Below, one piece after another: positions 47,202-56,920 of a stretch of DNA of 64,000 nt. Within the stretch, counting starts at the first letter, position 1. Each line of letters opens with the position of its first letter. Under the pieces are notes generated by a model. That model ran no database searches and was not told the origin of the DNA. It saw nothing but the letters and a program-made list of their open reading frames with translations. A program made the translations under genes and the position numbers. The stretch comes from Halorarum halobium (GTDB lineage Archaea > Halobacteriota > Halobacteria > Halobacteriales > Haloferacaceae): NCBI RefSeq assembly GCF_032116555.1, contig NZ_CP134950.1, forward strand, positions 62,001 to 126,000, written 5' to 3'.

Positions 47202-47969
47202 ATGGAATTCTTCACGGCGGCCGACGTTCTCAGCCACAGAACGGCCGCGACACCAGATGAGCCCGTAACTGTCGATCTGGATGACTCGATTCAGAATGCC
47301 TTGACGCTCATGCTGGAACACGATTTTGACCAGCTCCCAGTGGTGAGCGATGATGGTGTTGAGGGTACAGTCACGTACAAATCGGTCGCAAAATACGTGA
47401 AGTCAATGGACGATCCGCGGGTCGAGGAGACCTCCGTCAAAATCGCCCTGAATACGAATCCCGAGTTCGTGGACCGAGACCACGATATTTTCGAGTTGTT
47501 CGATACGCTTGCCGAGGATGACTATGTCCTGATTGGCGACCAAGATGGCCTGGACGGGATCCTGACCCGCTACGATATCCTCTATTTCCTCGAACATCAG
47601 GTCGAACCGTTCCTCCAGATTGGCGAGATCGAGGAAAGTCTCCGCCACCTGTTCCGTGCATCCTTTGATGACCTAGACCAGGCTATCGACGAGACGTTCG
47701 CCGATCGCGCTGAGCATGACGAGAGCTATGAGACGCCTGATTGCCCCGAAGACTTCTCGTTCGATGACTATCGGATGTTCATAATGCGAAACCTCGATCA
47801 CCTGCCACCACGCCTCTCACAGGAACGCGATATGGTCGAAAGCCTGCTTGAAGATATTCGCGAGACGCGGAACGCGCTTCTCCATTTCCGGGCCGAAGCC
47901 GATGAGGTTGATCGGGACCAGCTAGATATGGCCCATGGGTACTTCACTGGCATTGCAAGTACCGTGTAG
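47202..47969 (+). CDS. CBS-pair + HEPN (Swt1-like) protein
   Basis: MLEHDFDQLPVV...G.VT / GILTRYD CBS pair; IEESLR...RNALLH (Rx4H). Confidence 0.75.
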   Translation: MEFFTAADVLSHRTAATPDEPVTVDLDDSIQNALTLMLEHDFDQLPVVSDDGVEGTVTYKSVAKYVKSMDDPRVEETSVKIALNTNPEFVDRDHDIFELFDTLAEDDYVLIGDQDGLDGILTRYDILYFLEHQVEPFLQIGEIEESLRHLFRASFDDLDQAIDETFADRAEHDESYETPDCPEDFSFDDYRMFIMRNLDHLPPRLSQERDMVESLLEDIRETRNALLHFRAEADEVDRDQLDMAHGYFTGIASTV

Positions 47970-48067
47970 GGCACCACCAAGTCCACCGAACTTCACCGGT
48001 ACTCTCAATCACTGACAGAGATTAAATATCGAGTCTACAATGGGCAATTGTAGAGGTAGCTCTCGTT

Positions 48068-49567
48068 ATGGATTGGCCGTATTTAACGCAGACGTCCGGA
48101 CCTTCGCCCGATGCGAGCGAAAACCAGTATTTCACGATCGAGGGCAACGTCCGGAACCACTATGTGGACTTCCCGAACCATCTCGTCGACGCGTTCTTCT
48201 CGAAGGTACTGCACGAAGTGCCCGAAGCCTATCCGAATGATCCCGAGAACCAGTACAAGACGGCGCTCGAAGTCACAGAGCGATATAATGAGGCACTTGA
48301 TGAGATGGGGCTGGACTTCCTCCAGCTCCGAATTGTTGACCGGTCCTCATCACGCCCCCAGCCGTACTATGGGCTCCAAATCCATGGACTGGATAGCTCC
48401 AAGTTCGATGCCTTTCTCGACTCGTTCGCAGAGACAGACGAAGCGACGCTAGAGGAGAAATACCACTATCTCCACGGCTCAAAATACCCGGTCTCGGAAG
48501 TGGCCAGCAAATCGCAATCGGATTCAATTGCGTCGAGAAAGCAGGTGCAGGAGGCTGTCAAAGCGCGAGTTGAATCGGAGAAGGACTCGATCACAAAGAC
48601 GACGGAGACGTTGCTCTCCAAGATCGACGAATGGCGTGACGAACTCCAAACGTACTGGCGGCGGACGACGTGGCAACGGTTCAATACCTTCCCCGCAGTG
48701 CATCTCTACCTGCTGGAGATGGAAAGCATCATCACCAATATCGATGTGCTTGCAGACCGCGGTTCGATCCCGCCGTGCTACCGAGAACTACGGAAGCTCT
48801 TGGAGAATTTGAGCTGGTCGGTGTTCGACGATCTCCTGTTCATCAACGCAGAGTACGCTACCATCTACGATGACTCCTCAGTACCGGCGCATACCCCGCC
48901 ACGTCCATTCTTGTCCGCTAATCAGCAATGGTATGACTGGGTTAGAGGTCGACAGACTCCGAGTTTTGAGACACAGCGCAGTCAGCTCCGGGACCGTCTC
49001 TACGACCACAGTACCCGGTCACGACTCAGCTACGACGACAAGTACGGCATCACCAAGGGTACCATCACCGAAGTGCTCAAGACGAACCTCTCCTACCCGC
49101 TCTACATCGCGCTGGCAGGACTCGAAGTAGAGACCACCGAGTCGGTCGAATCGTTCGTGACTCCTGTCAACCCTGCCCATCTCAAGCCTGGCGTTCGCCG
49201 CACGATACAGAATGTCGTCCGATCACTGAAAGAGGGGCGACGGCTTGGCCAGCTTGACGAGGAGTTCATCGATACTCTCACCGACGAACTACTTGACATC
49301 AAAGCCAACTACCTCGTACCGCCGTTCCCATCCAACAATCACGTCATCGGTTACTTGGATTCGCTCTGGCACCACGAGCTTCCCTCCCGCCTCGATGACT
49401 TCTACGGCGAGTACAGCTTTTTCATTCACTCATATCCGTCTTCGTGGCAGATCCACCCTCACTCTTCCATCCTCGAGTTCAAGATTCTCGCTCACGAGAT
49501 TGATCGATTCAGCCACGCGGTTTCTACCCTCATCGAACAGTATCTCACAACGTACCATCGGAATTGA
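48068..49567 (+). CDS. Hypothetical helical protein, possibly HEPN-like
   Basis: RELRKLLE...Y..YS.FIH pattern reminiscent of DUF5677-type HEPN. Confidence 0.55.
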   Translation: MDWPYLTQTSGPSPDASENQYFTIEGNVRNHYVDFPNHLVDAFFSKVLHEVPEAYPNDPENQYKTALEVTERYNEALDEMGLDFLQLRIVDRSSSRPQPYYGLQIHGLDSSKFDAFLDSFAETDEATLEEKYHYLHGSKYPVSEVASKSQSDSIASRKQVQEAVKARVESEKDSITKTTETLLSKIDEWRDELQTYWRRTTWQRFNTFPAVHLYLLEMESIITNIDVLADRGSIPPCYRELRKLLENLSWSVFDDLLFINAEYATIYDDSSVPAHTPPRPFLSANQQWYDWVRGRQTPSFETQRSQLRDRLYDHSTRSRLSYDDKYGITKGTITEVLKTNLSYPLYIALAGLEVETTESVESFVTPVNPAHLKPGVRRTIQNVVRSLKEGRRLGQLDEEFIDTLTDELLDIKANYLVPPFPSNNHVIGYLDSLWHHELPSRLDDFYGEYSFFIHSYPSSWQIHPHSSILEFKILAHEIDRFSHAVSTLIEQYLTTYHRN

Positions 49568-49580
49568 GGGAGGCCGGTGA

Positions 49581-49621
49581 TTAACCAACAATCTATGGCT
49601 CTGGCGAGTTGTGTTGGTTAA
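49581..49621. repeat. TTAACCAAC-N23-GTTGGTTAA site 5
   Basis: Arms 49581-49589 and 49613-49621. Confidence 0.9.
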
Positions 49622-49635
49622 TACGAAGGGTCCCA

Positions 49636-49956
49636 ATGTCCTACGAGCCACCGACGCCGCCGGCAGACCTTCCGGCGGACATCGTCGACACCCTCAACGA
49701 ATACTCCTCAGACCAACTCCGCCACGTATCACGCTATGCGGAAGCGTTGGCCGAGTACAAAGAGCGAACGGACCGTCTCGAGTCGGACAACGACGACGAG
49801 GACGAAGAGCGCCCACCCGATCTCCCGGACGACGTCCTTACCAAGGCAACGATCACGATCAAGGAAATCAACGATAACCGCTACTACTACTGGCAGTGGC
49901 GAGAGGGCGAAACGGTAACCTCCAAATACAAAGGTCCAGTCAAGCCGGGCGACTGA
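49636..49956 (+). CDS. Small conserved haloarchaeal protein (YYYWQWR motif)
   Basis: KEINDNRYYYWQWREG...SKYKGP. Confidence 0.75.
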   Translation: MSYEPPTPPADLPADIVDTLNEYSSDQLRHVSRYAEALAEYKERTDRLESDNDDEDEERPPDLPDDVLTKATITIKEINDNRYYYWQWREGETVTSKYKGPVKPGD

Positions 49957-50438
49957 ACCGATCGGGGCCACCCGCCCGATAGCAATGTGTTCGCTCACTA
50001 AGACGAAATCAAATCAGGGAATCACACCCTACGTTACGCAGAGCGCCGGTTTGACCGCGCAGAGCGGACGTCGGCACCGTCGCGGAGTTTGTCCGGACAG
50101 TACGGACACACCCGTGGCGTATCGACATTATCCGGGGTAAACACACGAGCATACTGTGCAGTAACGAAGGACCCGCAGTTCTGGCATTCGGGCATACTAC
50201 GGACGCTATACTATACTGATATAGGCTTTCTGACCGAACGGGCCGTCTGAGCAACGAAGCACTCGTGAACTAGGACAGCACCAGTGATGCCCTGCTGCAC
50301 AATACCCGACTGCGTCCGAAATGACGGAATGAGAGACTTCCGTCTGTATCCATGAGCCTCAGAAGGCGGCGATCGACTCCGTTCGCAGTAGCGGGACAGA
50401 CCACAGCCGTGGCGACGGGACGAAGTGAAGAAGGAGTG

Positions 50439-50849
50439 TCAGCGCTCGGGTCGCGGGGCAGTCTCGTACCGTTTGATGTCGTCGGTCTTCTCGACCCGGT
50501 CGTAGATTTCTCGAAGCGTGTCTTGTGCGCGGAGGAGCTTGTGGTCCTCGAGGAACTGCCGGCCGCTCTCACTGATCCCGTAGAACTTGTACGGGAGGTC
50601 GTTCTGCCGGCGGTCCTCGGGCAAGAGCACCTCCTCGACGACGCCGGCGTCGACGAGCTGCTGGAGGTGCTGGCGAATCGTCGTCTGGCTCTTGCTCGGG
50701 TTGACGTAGTCGAGTTCCTTCAGCGTCGGTAGTTCCGACGGATGCCCGAGGATGTCCTGGAGGAGCGCGAACCGCGTCTCCTGGGTGACGACGTTGAGTC
50801 GCTCCCGTACGGAATCGAGATCGCTTGGCGGCTGATCGGAGGTACTCAT
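50439..50849 (-). CDS. ArsR-like winged-HTH regulator
   Basis: TR..LLQDIL...LKEL...TIRQHLQQLVDAGVV...FYGISESG. Confidence 0.8.
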   Translation of the reverse strand: MSTSDQPPSDLDSVRERLNVVTQETRFALLQDILGHPSELPTLKELDYVNPSKSQTTIRQHLQQLVDAGVVEEVLLPEDRRQNDLPYKFYGISESGRQFLEDHKLLRAQDTLREIYDRVEKTDDIKRYETAPRPER

Positions 50850-50970
50850 TACTTCGTTGTTCGGGTGGTGCGTGCAAAAGCGTTTCGCCCTAATACGAAT
50901 CGGGTAGGAGCGAATCGGTCTATGATGAGGTCGCCACATTAAAGCACGCTATCCGAGTATGCACGGGTAG

Positions 50971-51546
50971 ATGAGTGAGGATCCAGTCACTGTTGATGAA
51001 CTCGCTGCGAAGGCCGAGGAGTATCTTCACGAGACCTCACTCACGCCGGCGGAGTACGAAGCGCTGAAACAGAGTGTTGCGGAGCTCACGCCGATCTTCT
51101 CGGCTGAGCATTCGTACTTTGTCCTCGGCAGCTATGGTCAACCCGAGATTCGCCGTCTCCAACTCGTGAAAGATCGCCTCAATCGGCGGGCCGGCGCGTA
51201 TGCATTTTTGATGGTCGACATCAGAAGTGAGTGGACGAATACCTATCTCAAGTTCCGTCTGCTCGCTGATTATACGGATACGATCGTCGGTGTCGCCGAA
51301 CACGCCCAGGGAGGATTTCTGGTCGAACAGGGGTATTTCACGGCCCTGGAGGAATATTTCGCGAAAACGCACGTATTCAAGCGCGAATACGAACCACTCG
51401 ACCTGGAGGACGTTGAGACCGGAGTGACGAGTGAGAATCCGTATAGTGGTATGCAGACGGCGATTTTTGAGATGTTGGACGATGGCGGTCGGTTATGCCG
51501 GTGGACTACTGAAGACGAGCTCGTCGAGTGTGTTGCCACCCTCTGA
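50971..51546 (+). CDS. Hypothetical protein (possible TIR/NDT-like Rossmannoid fold)
   Basis: YFVLGSY...GGFLVEQG; divergent from the HTH gene. Confidence 0.65.
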   Translation: MSEDPVTVDELAAKAEEYLHETSLTPAEYEALKQSVAELTPIFSAEHSYFVLGSYGQPEIRRLQLVKDRLNRRAGAYAFLMVDIRSEWTNTYLKFRLLADYTDTIVGVAEHAQGGFLVEQGYFTALEEYFAKTHVFKREYEPLDLEDVETGVTSENPYSGMQTAIFEMLDDGGRLCRWTTEDELVECVATL

Positions 51547-51647
51547 GCGGACACCTGTGACCTGACGTTCGCTGGCGAAGTCGGCTGGTATTCGATAGCC
51601 CAGTACCCGATTGGCGATGGCTGCAGAATGTCGTGGACGAAAGGGGT

Positions 51648-52157
51648 CCCCCCGGAGTGTGAATGGGACCCGTCAGTCCGACACCCCTCGGTGTGAATGG
51701 GCAGCCACCCTCCTCAACACGGCGTTCCATTTCGTCATTGGAAGACGAGGCAAAGCGGTGCCAGCGAAACGGTTTGGCGGATATCCCACCCCCACACCCC
51801 TCAGTGTGAATGGTCCCACCACGTGGGGCACCACGATTAAGCTGCTCCTAATAGCGGAACCCGACCAGCGCGGACGCCCCTCCGCCTCCGCGCTGGCGCG
51901 TCGGCTTCGGCACAAGTGCCTTGCCTTTAAACAGGATACTACTCGGAGGACTGTTTAGACTCGTGTGTATTAAAATTATCTATTACTGCGGTGCGACACA
52001 CTAGCCAACCACTGCAAACAGCCAATTTTACCGTATTACCCGCTCTACGGGTTGTTTCAACCTCACGAGACTGCTAACGGCTCTCCAACGACACCAGCGT
52101 CATCTAAACAGCTGCCATCCCCTATGCCATACCATTCACACCGAGGGGTGGGGGTGT
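51648..52157. other. Putative replication origin: ORB-like repeats flanking an AT-rich unwinding element
   Basis: CCATTCACAC(T/C)..GGGG repeats at 51648-51666, 51681-51700, 51793-51813 (minus) and 52132-52157 (plus); AT-rich 51925-52040. Confidence 0.7.
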
Positions 52158-53425
52158 CACCATCCCATCAACGTCTGGAGCTCCGGTGTCGAATTGATCA
52201 GCCCAGTTCGAGTGCTCTCGACGTCACCCTGGAGTGAGTACGATCTGAACTTTCCTTGATCGCCGCCTTCCTTCTTCTTGGATTCGAGAACGCCAGTCGT
52301 CACGTGTTTGTTCAGGAGTTCAAGTGCGCGATTGTACCCCTTCGGCTCCACTTCAACATCTCTTGCGACTGTTTGGTACACCTCGTGGATCTCGGACGTA
52401 CGGAACCACTCCTTCTCCGGGTTGTTCCGATCAAGTCGTGTGAGTGCAAAGAGGAGTAACTTCCCGGACAACGGCGTCCCTTTCACCATTTCCATAAAGA
52501 GTTCGACCTCGACGAGTTCGTCGGCCTCGTGGACGTGCTCAGCGGTCACGATGTCGTCTCCTTCCTCGTCGGCAATTTCACCCGCATTGCGGAACAATCG
52601 AACTGCGCGTCGAGCGTCTCCGTGTTCTTCAGCTGCGAGTTCGGCTGTTGTTGGTATCACTTCGTCATCGAGGACTCCGTCGTAAAACGCGTCGCGGCGA
52701 TTCTCGAGGATCGCGATAAGCTGATCTTCTTCGTACGGCGTGAACGTTCGGTGTTCCGGTTGGAGTGTGGATTGCACCCGGGACTCGATTTCGCCTTTGA
52801 ATTCGATGTCGTTTGAAATCCCGATCGTGAGGACTGGGAAATCCACGTCGTCTTTCGATTGTGTCCGTGAAAGCGTGTAGAGTACTTCGTTGACCTCGCC
52901 GTGCTTGTCGATTTCGTCGATAATGACGACGAGCCCACCCGAGAATTCCCGCTGAACGACGGGCCACAACTTCTGATCCCGGTAGTGTTCTGCTGAAAGG
53001 CCCTGATAGGGAACTTCAAGCGGGTTTTCCGCTTTGGCGTTCACCTGTTCTGCAATCTTTCGGAAGGTGGAGGTATACGTAGAAATCGGGTCCGGGTTAA
53101 TGTAGGCTGTAACGATGGGCGAATCCGTCCCGTCCGTTGCTGCTTCGAGGCGCTCACAGACGTGCCTTGCAACTAGTGTCTTCCCTGTCCCGGTTTCACC
53201 CCACTCTAGAACGTTGTCCGGAACGCTGTTCGTCCGCATTTTCCGGAGATTCTTCGCCAAGAACGTGATGTGGTCGTCACGGCCGACGATCCGGTTGGCG
53301 TCTGGTACGTTATCGATTTCGAGCAGCCACGGTTTTTCAAAAATATTCGATTCGTCTTCTTCGTTGTCCTCGTCGACATTCAAGATCTCGTCGACGGTCG
53401 TTTGCGTGGATTCGTTGTTTGGCAT
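52157..53425 (-). CDS. cdc6: Orc1/Cdc6 replication initiator
   Basis: IVGRD, GETGTGKT, IIDEID, ISND, F.PY, GDARRA, C-terminal wHTH. Confidence 0.95.
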   Translation of the reverse strand: MPNNESTQTTVDEILNVDEDNEEDESNIFEKPWLLEIDNVPDANRIVGRDDHITFLAKNLRKMRTNSVPDNVLEWGETGTGKTLVARHVCERLEAATDGTDSPIVTAYINPDPISTYTSTFRKIAEQVNAKAENPLEVPYQGLSAEHYRDQKLWPVVQREFSGGLVVIIDEIDKHGEVNEVLYTLSRTQSKDDVDFPVLTIGISNDIEFKGEIESRVQSTLQPEHRTFTPYEEDQLIAILENRRDAFYDGVLDDEVIPTTAELAAEEHGDARRAVRLFRNAGEIADEEGDDIVTAEHVHEADELVEVELFMEMVKGTPLSGKLLLFALTRLDRNNPEKEWFRTSEIHEVYQTVARDVEVEPKGYNRALELLNKHVTTGVLESKKKEGGDQGKFRSYSLQGDVESTRTGLINSTPELQTLMGW

Positions 53426-53489
53426 AGCCGGACCAATTCATCCCATTCACATATAGGTTGTCCACCCACGGTGTGATTGATTTCAAATC

Positions 53490-53616
53490 CCATTCACACT
53501 GAGGGGGGTGTAACTGATCCAGGGTACTCCCCCCTCAGTGTGAATGGATTCGGCTTAGAGAAAGAGATTCACAATATGAATACATATCACTCCACCATTC
53601 ACACTCCGGGGGGTGT
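53490..53616. promoter_or_regulatory. ORB-like repeats upstream of cdc6
   Basis: CCATTCACACTGAGGGGGGTG at 53490-53511, inverted copy at 53529-53547, variant at 53595-53616. Confidence 0.75.
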
Positions 53617-53752
53617 CGACGTTGTCGCCCACTTGTGGTTTTTTCTCACCGAAGACGATCTCCGTCCATTGACCCATGTATCTCATGGGTCCATCTATCG
53701 ATAAAACCGAAATATGGTGGTAAAGAGCCGCTATCGGCATCTCAGAACAAGG

Positions 53753-55918
53753 TCATCCATTCCAGGTCATTGTAAAATCGGTCAACTCTACCTCTCGTGT
53801 CTCGGCGAGACTCCGTCGAATATCCGTCTGATCCCAACCCAAGGGCGAGAGGACGCTTTCGACAGCGCGGACGAGTTGTGTCTCGTAATACGATGGATCG
53901 TATGTTTCGACCTCTTCGTGGGCGAGTACGACGCGTTCCCGTGAGGATTTCTCGTCATCAACCACGACGTACTCAATATCTTGCCCGGGATGGACAGCGA
54001 GGTCCTGGTCGCGAGCCCGTTTCAGCGCTGCGACGTTCTGTGTGTTCTGGGTATAGCCGTCGAGTGGTTTGGAGACACGATTCCGTTCGACGAGTCGCTC
54101 CACCGCTACCTCACCGGCATGGAGTTTCGAGACTGCACGGTCGAGACAGCTGAGGACTGCCTCTGGTGACTGCGTCGTATCGAGGCGATCGAGGCATTCT
54201 CGCTGGACGTCCTCAATAAATGGTGGCGTCGACCGCTGGCGGGCTTCGATGCCTCTGATCTTGAACTCGTCCTCATCGACGACCTTTCCGAAATACTTCG
54301 TTAGTGCGCCGGCGTCGCTCTCGCGTTGTGGGACGAACGCCACCCAGTCATAGTGCGATTCATACTCGAGGCGGATGTCGACTGCTTCGGTGATCTCGGT
54401 CGCGAGGGCCTCGAGGGACTCGCGGTCCTCGTCGTCGACGTCGGGGTTTGGGGTCACCCAGATGGAGTCGACGATGCCGTGGACGACACGCCAGCCGCCG
54501 GCTTCGAGGCGTTGCTTCGCCGTCAACAAAATCTCGCGCGCGAACGCATTGATTGCCTCGTGGCACTCGATGCGCCCGTATTTGGCGTTGTTAAAGCCTT
54601 GGTACCCAAAGCAGGCGACGAGGATCCACTTCAGCGCCCCCGACCGCCCTTCGAGTTCGTCGAGGCGCTCCTCATCAGGCTCGTCACGCTCTTGTTCGCG
54701 ACGGATGGCGGCTTTGATCTCGTCGCGCGCATCGATGATCGGCTGGAGGACGTCGACGAGGTAGCCCCGGTCGTCACAGATCGAGTACCCGAGTCCGGGG
54801 ACGTCCTCGCGGTCGCGATGGCACTCGCAGCGAATCACGTCCGGCGAGACGTTGTGCGTGCAGATGATGTTCGGATACAACGAGGAGAAATCGAGTTCGT
54901 GGACATCCTCGTGGAGTCCGACCTCAGGTGCGAAGATGAACCCACCACGATCGGCATCGTGGAGCACCCCTGTTGATTTGAATTTCTCGTGGCGCCAGGA
55001 GTGCCACGGGACGAGGACGCCGCGTTCGTGGGCTTCACAGATCTGGATGGCTGTGAGGATGTTGCCGATCGACGCCCAGGCTGCCTCCTGTATCGGCTTG
55101 CGCGACCGCGAGACCAGGTCGAGGACGCCGTCGATGTTGGTCTCGCCAAAGAAGAACGTGTTCGATCGGTCGATGATTGCTCTTCCGGGCACGTTGTAGC
55201 GCGCCGGCGAGTGCCCGACGCGGCCGTAGCTCGCGTAGGTCGAGCGGCTCGCGAGCTGCTGGAAATCGCCCTCTGGGGTCCGGCTCAACGAGAAATTGTC
55301 GGCGCCATTGCTGGCAGCCATCTCGTACAGGGTCGGGACGATCTCGCTCGTCGAGCAGACGAGGACGTCCGGATCGTGGTCGTCAAGCGCAGCTTGGACT
55401 GTCGTCAGGATATCTGCTGGCGGGCCCGTGACCGTCTCGCCGCCGACGGCAAGTTCGGTATACGCATCGCCTGTTGTCTCTGTGAGTGGGACGTCGAGTC
55501 GCAGCGTCGAGAGATCGCTCGTTGGCGTCGGATCTACATCGTTCTCGAGACAGTACCGAAACTCCCGCGAGAGATCGACATTGAAGCAGGCGAGATCCCC
55601 CACAGGGTACTCGGACAGCTGGCGTGCCTGTCGAGCCAGCGAGGTGATCCGATCGATGTGGACAACGTCGACGGCGAGGACGTCCTCGTCGTCGCGACGG
55701 AAGCCTGGCCGCCGGGCGACGATATCGGTCGCGACGACGTCCGGGTGCCGTTCGTACACGCTGCGGAGTCTCGTGAGGTCGATCTCGTCATCTGGTGCGC
55801 GGGATGCGACGTAGAAGCGCGGCGAGTAGTCTTCGCGTTCGGTCGCGACGGCGCCGTCAGCCGTCGTCTCCCATTCGAGGACACGGCCATCATCAAGGAA
55901 ATCGAATGTGAATGGCAT
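53753..55918 (-). CDS. polB2: Family B DNA polymerase, PolB2-type with degenerate motifs
   Basis: LDFSSLYPNII, KWILVACFGY, HGIVDS in place of YGDTDS; no clear exonuclease motifs. Confidence 0.85.
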   Translation of the reverse strand: MPFTFDFLDDGRVLEWETTADGAVATEREDYSPRFYVASRAPDDEIDLTRLRSVYERHPDVVATDIVARRPGFRRDDEDVLAVDVVHIDRITSLARQARQLSEYPVGDLACFNVDLSREFRYCLENDVDPTPTSDLSTLRLDVPLTETTGDAYTELAVGGETVTGPPADILTTVQAALDDHDPDVLVCSTSEIVPTLYEMAASNGADNFSLSRTPEGDFQQLASRSTYASYGRVGHSPARYNVPGRAIIDRSNTFFFGETNIDGVLDLVSRSRKPIQEAAWASIGNILTAIQICEAHERGVLVPWHSWRHEKFKSTGVLHDADRGGFIFAPEVGLHEDVHELDFSSLYPNIICTHNVSPDVIRCECHRDREDVPGLGYSICDDRGYLVDVLQPIIDARDEIKAAIRREQERDEPDEERLDELEGRSGALKWILVACFGYQGFNNAKYGRIECHEAINAFAREILLTAKQRLEAGGWRVVHGIVDSIWVTPNPDVDDEDRESLEALATEITEAVDIRLEYESHYDWVAFVPQRESDAGALTKYFGKVVDEDEFKIRGIEARQRSTPPFIEDVQRECLDRLDTTQSPEAVLSCLDRAVSKLHAGEVAVERLVERNRVSKPLDGYTQNTQNVAALKRARDQDLAVHPGQDIEYVVVDDEKSSRERVVLAHEEVETYDPSYYETQLVRAVESVLSPLGWDQTDIRRSLAETREVELTDFTMTWNG

Positions 55919-56104
55919 TTTCTATCTATCGTCCTCCAGCATAGGCACGCCAACGTACGCTCACCCGATAATCGGCAGTGTGTTGCTTCCGGAGTTCAGG
56001 GAATCTGTGTGACACGGCTGCGAAGGGCGTGGAACGCGAATTTGGGGCTTTCCATCCATTTTCCACAAACACTTCCGGGGCGCTGATCCCCTTCTCCGTC
56101 CATC

Positions 56105-56145
56105 TTAACCAACAAAACCCACGCTTGCTACGGGATGTTGGTTAA
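56105..56145. repeat. TTAACCAAC-N23-GTTGGTTAA site 6
   Basis: Arms 56105-56113 and 56137-56145. Confidence 0.9.
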
Positions 56146-56187
56146 GTCTACTAATTACGGTACTGAGGCGCTGTATTCGATACAAAT

Positions 56188-56565
56188 TCATTCGAGAACC
56201 TCGAGATCCTCGAGTCCCAGGGCATGGAGAGTATAGTGACCGGGACTATCTTCGATCAGCTGTTTGAATGTCAGCCGAAGTGTGTTCTCCTGCTCCATCC
56301 GATGTGCAGTTTTCAACACGATGCGATCAGGCGGCACGATCTCGTCAGGTGCATCGAGACGCACTGTCCGATGAAATTCGATATGTCGGACCTCATCTCC
56401 CTTCCGGGGGTCCTTTCTCTCTTCGTGTACGCTTCCGACGGAGGTCTCCCACGGATTCTGAAACGTCACACCGCCAGCCTCAACCGGACCGTCTCCGGTA
56501 AGGTGGATTCGAATTCGATCACCTGATTCCAAGTCGTTGATTCTCTGAAAACGATCCGTTGCCAT
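56188..56565 (-). CDS. Hypothetical beta-rich protein within the polB2 operon
   Basis: 125-aa ORF. Confidence 0.65.
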   Translation of the reverse strand: MATDRFQRINDLESGDRIRIHLTGDGPVEAGGVTFQNPWETSVGSVHEERKDPRKGDEVRHIEFHRTVRLDAPDEIVPPDRIVLKTAHRMEQENTLRLTFKQLIEDSPGHYTLHALGLEDLEVLE

Positions 56566-56597
56566 ACGAACGGTCTAGTACCCCGTACTAAAAACCA

Positions 56598-56918
56598 TCA
56601 GTACAATCCGTCCTCCGTTGTACCTGCCTCGGAGTGTTGTTGCCGATCGTCCGCCTCGTTGAGTGCGTTTTCGAGTTCAGCGAGGCGGTCTTCGTGTTCA
56701 TCGAGTCGGGCTTCCTGTTCGAGATCGATGCTGATCAGCGCCGGCAACAGCGGGTTTTGGTGGTTCAACAGGCCACTCGCGTCGGCGTGCTCGCGAGCGT
56801 ACTCGAACAGCTGGTCGAAGCGCGGTTGGTCGCGACGACGGAGCGCCCGACGGAAATCCGTCCATCGCTCCTCGATAGTTCGCAGCGCATCCCGATACGT
56901 CGGATTGGTGCGCCCCAT
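56598..56918 (-). CDS. PolB2-associated small helical protein
   Basis: MGRTNPTYRD...W..FRRALR..DQ..FD.L signature. Confidence 0.8.
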   Translation of the reverse strand: MGRTNPTYRDALRTIEERWTDFRRALRRRDQPRFDQLFEYAREHADASGLLNHQNPLLPALISIDLEQEARLDEHEDRLAELENALNEADDRQQHSEAGTTEDGLY

Positions 56919-56920
56919 TA

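Noticed and set aside
49960..50430. Possible ncRNA or tRNA in the long intergenic gap
   Set aside because: No cloverleaf, T-loop consensus or strong stems seen; no tRNA or rRNA recognised anywhere in the window.
26119..56145. TTAACCAAC repeats as a CRISPR array or XerA dif sites
   Set aside because: Dispersed single inverted pairs rather than tandem direct repeats; no cas genes; the 22-24 nt spacer does not match the 6-nt dif spacer.
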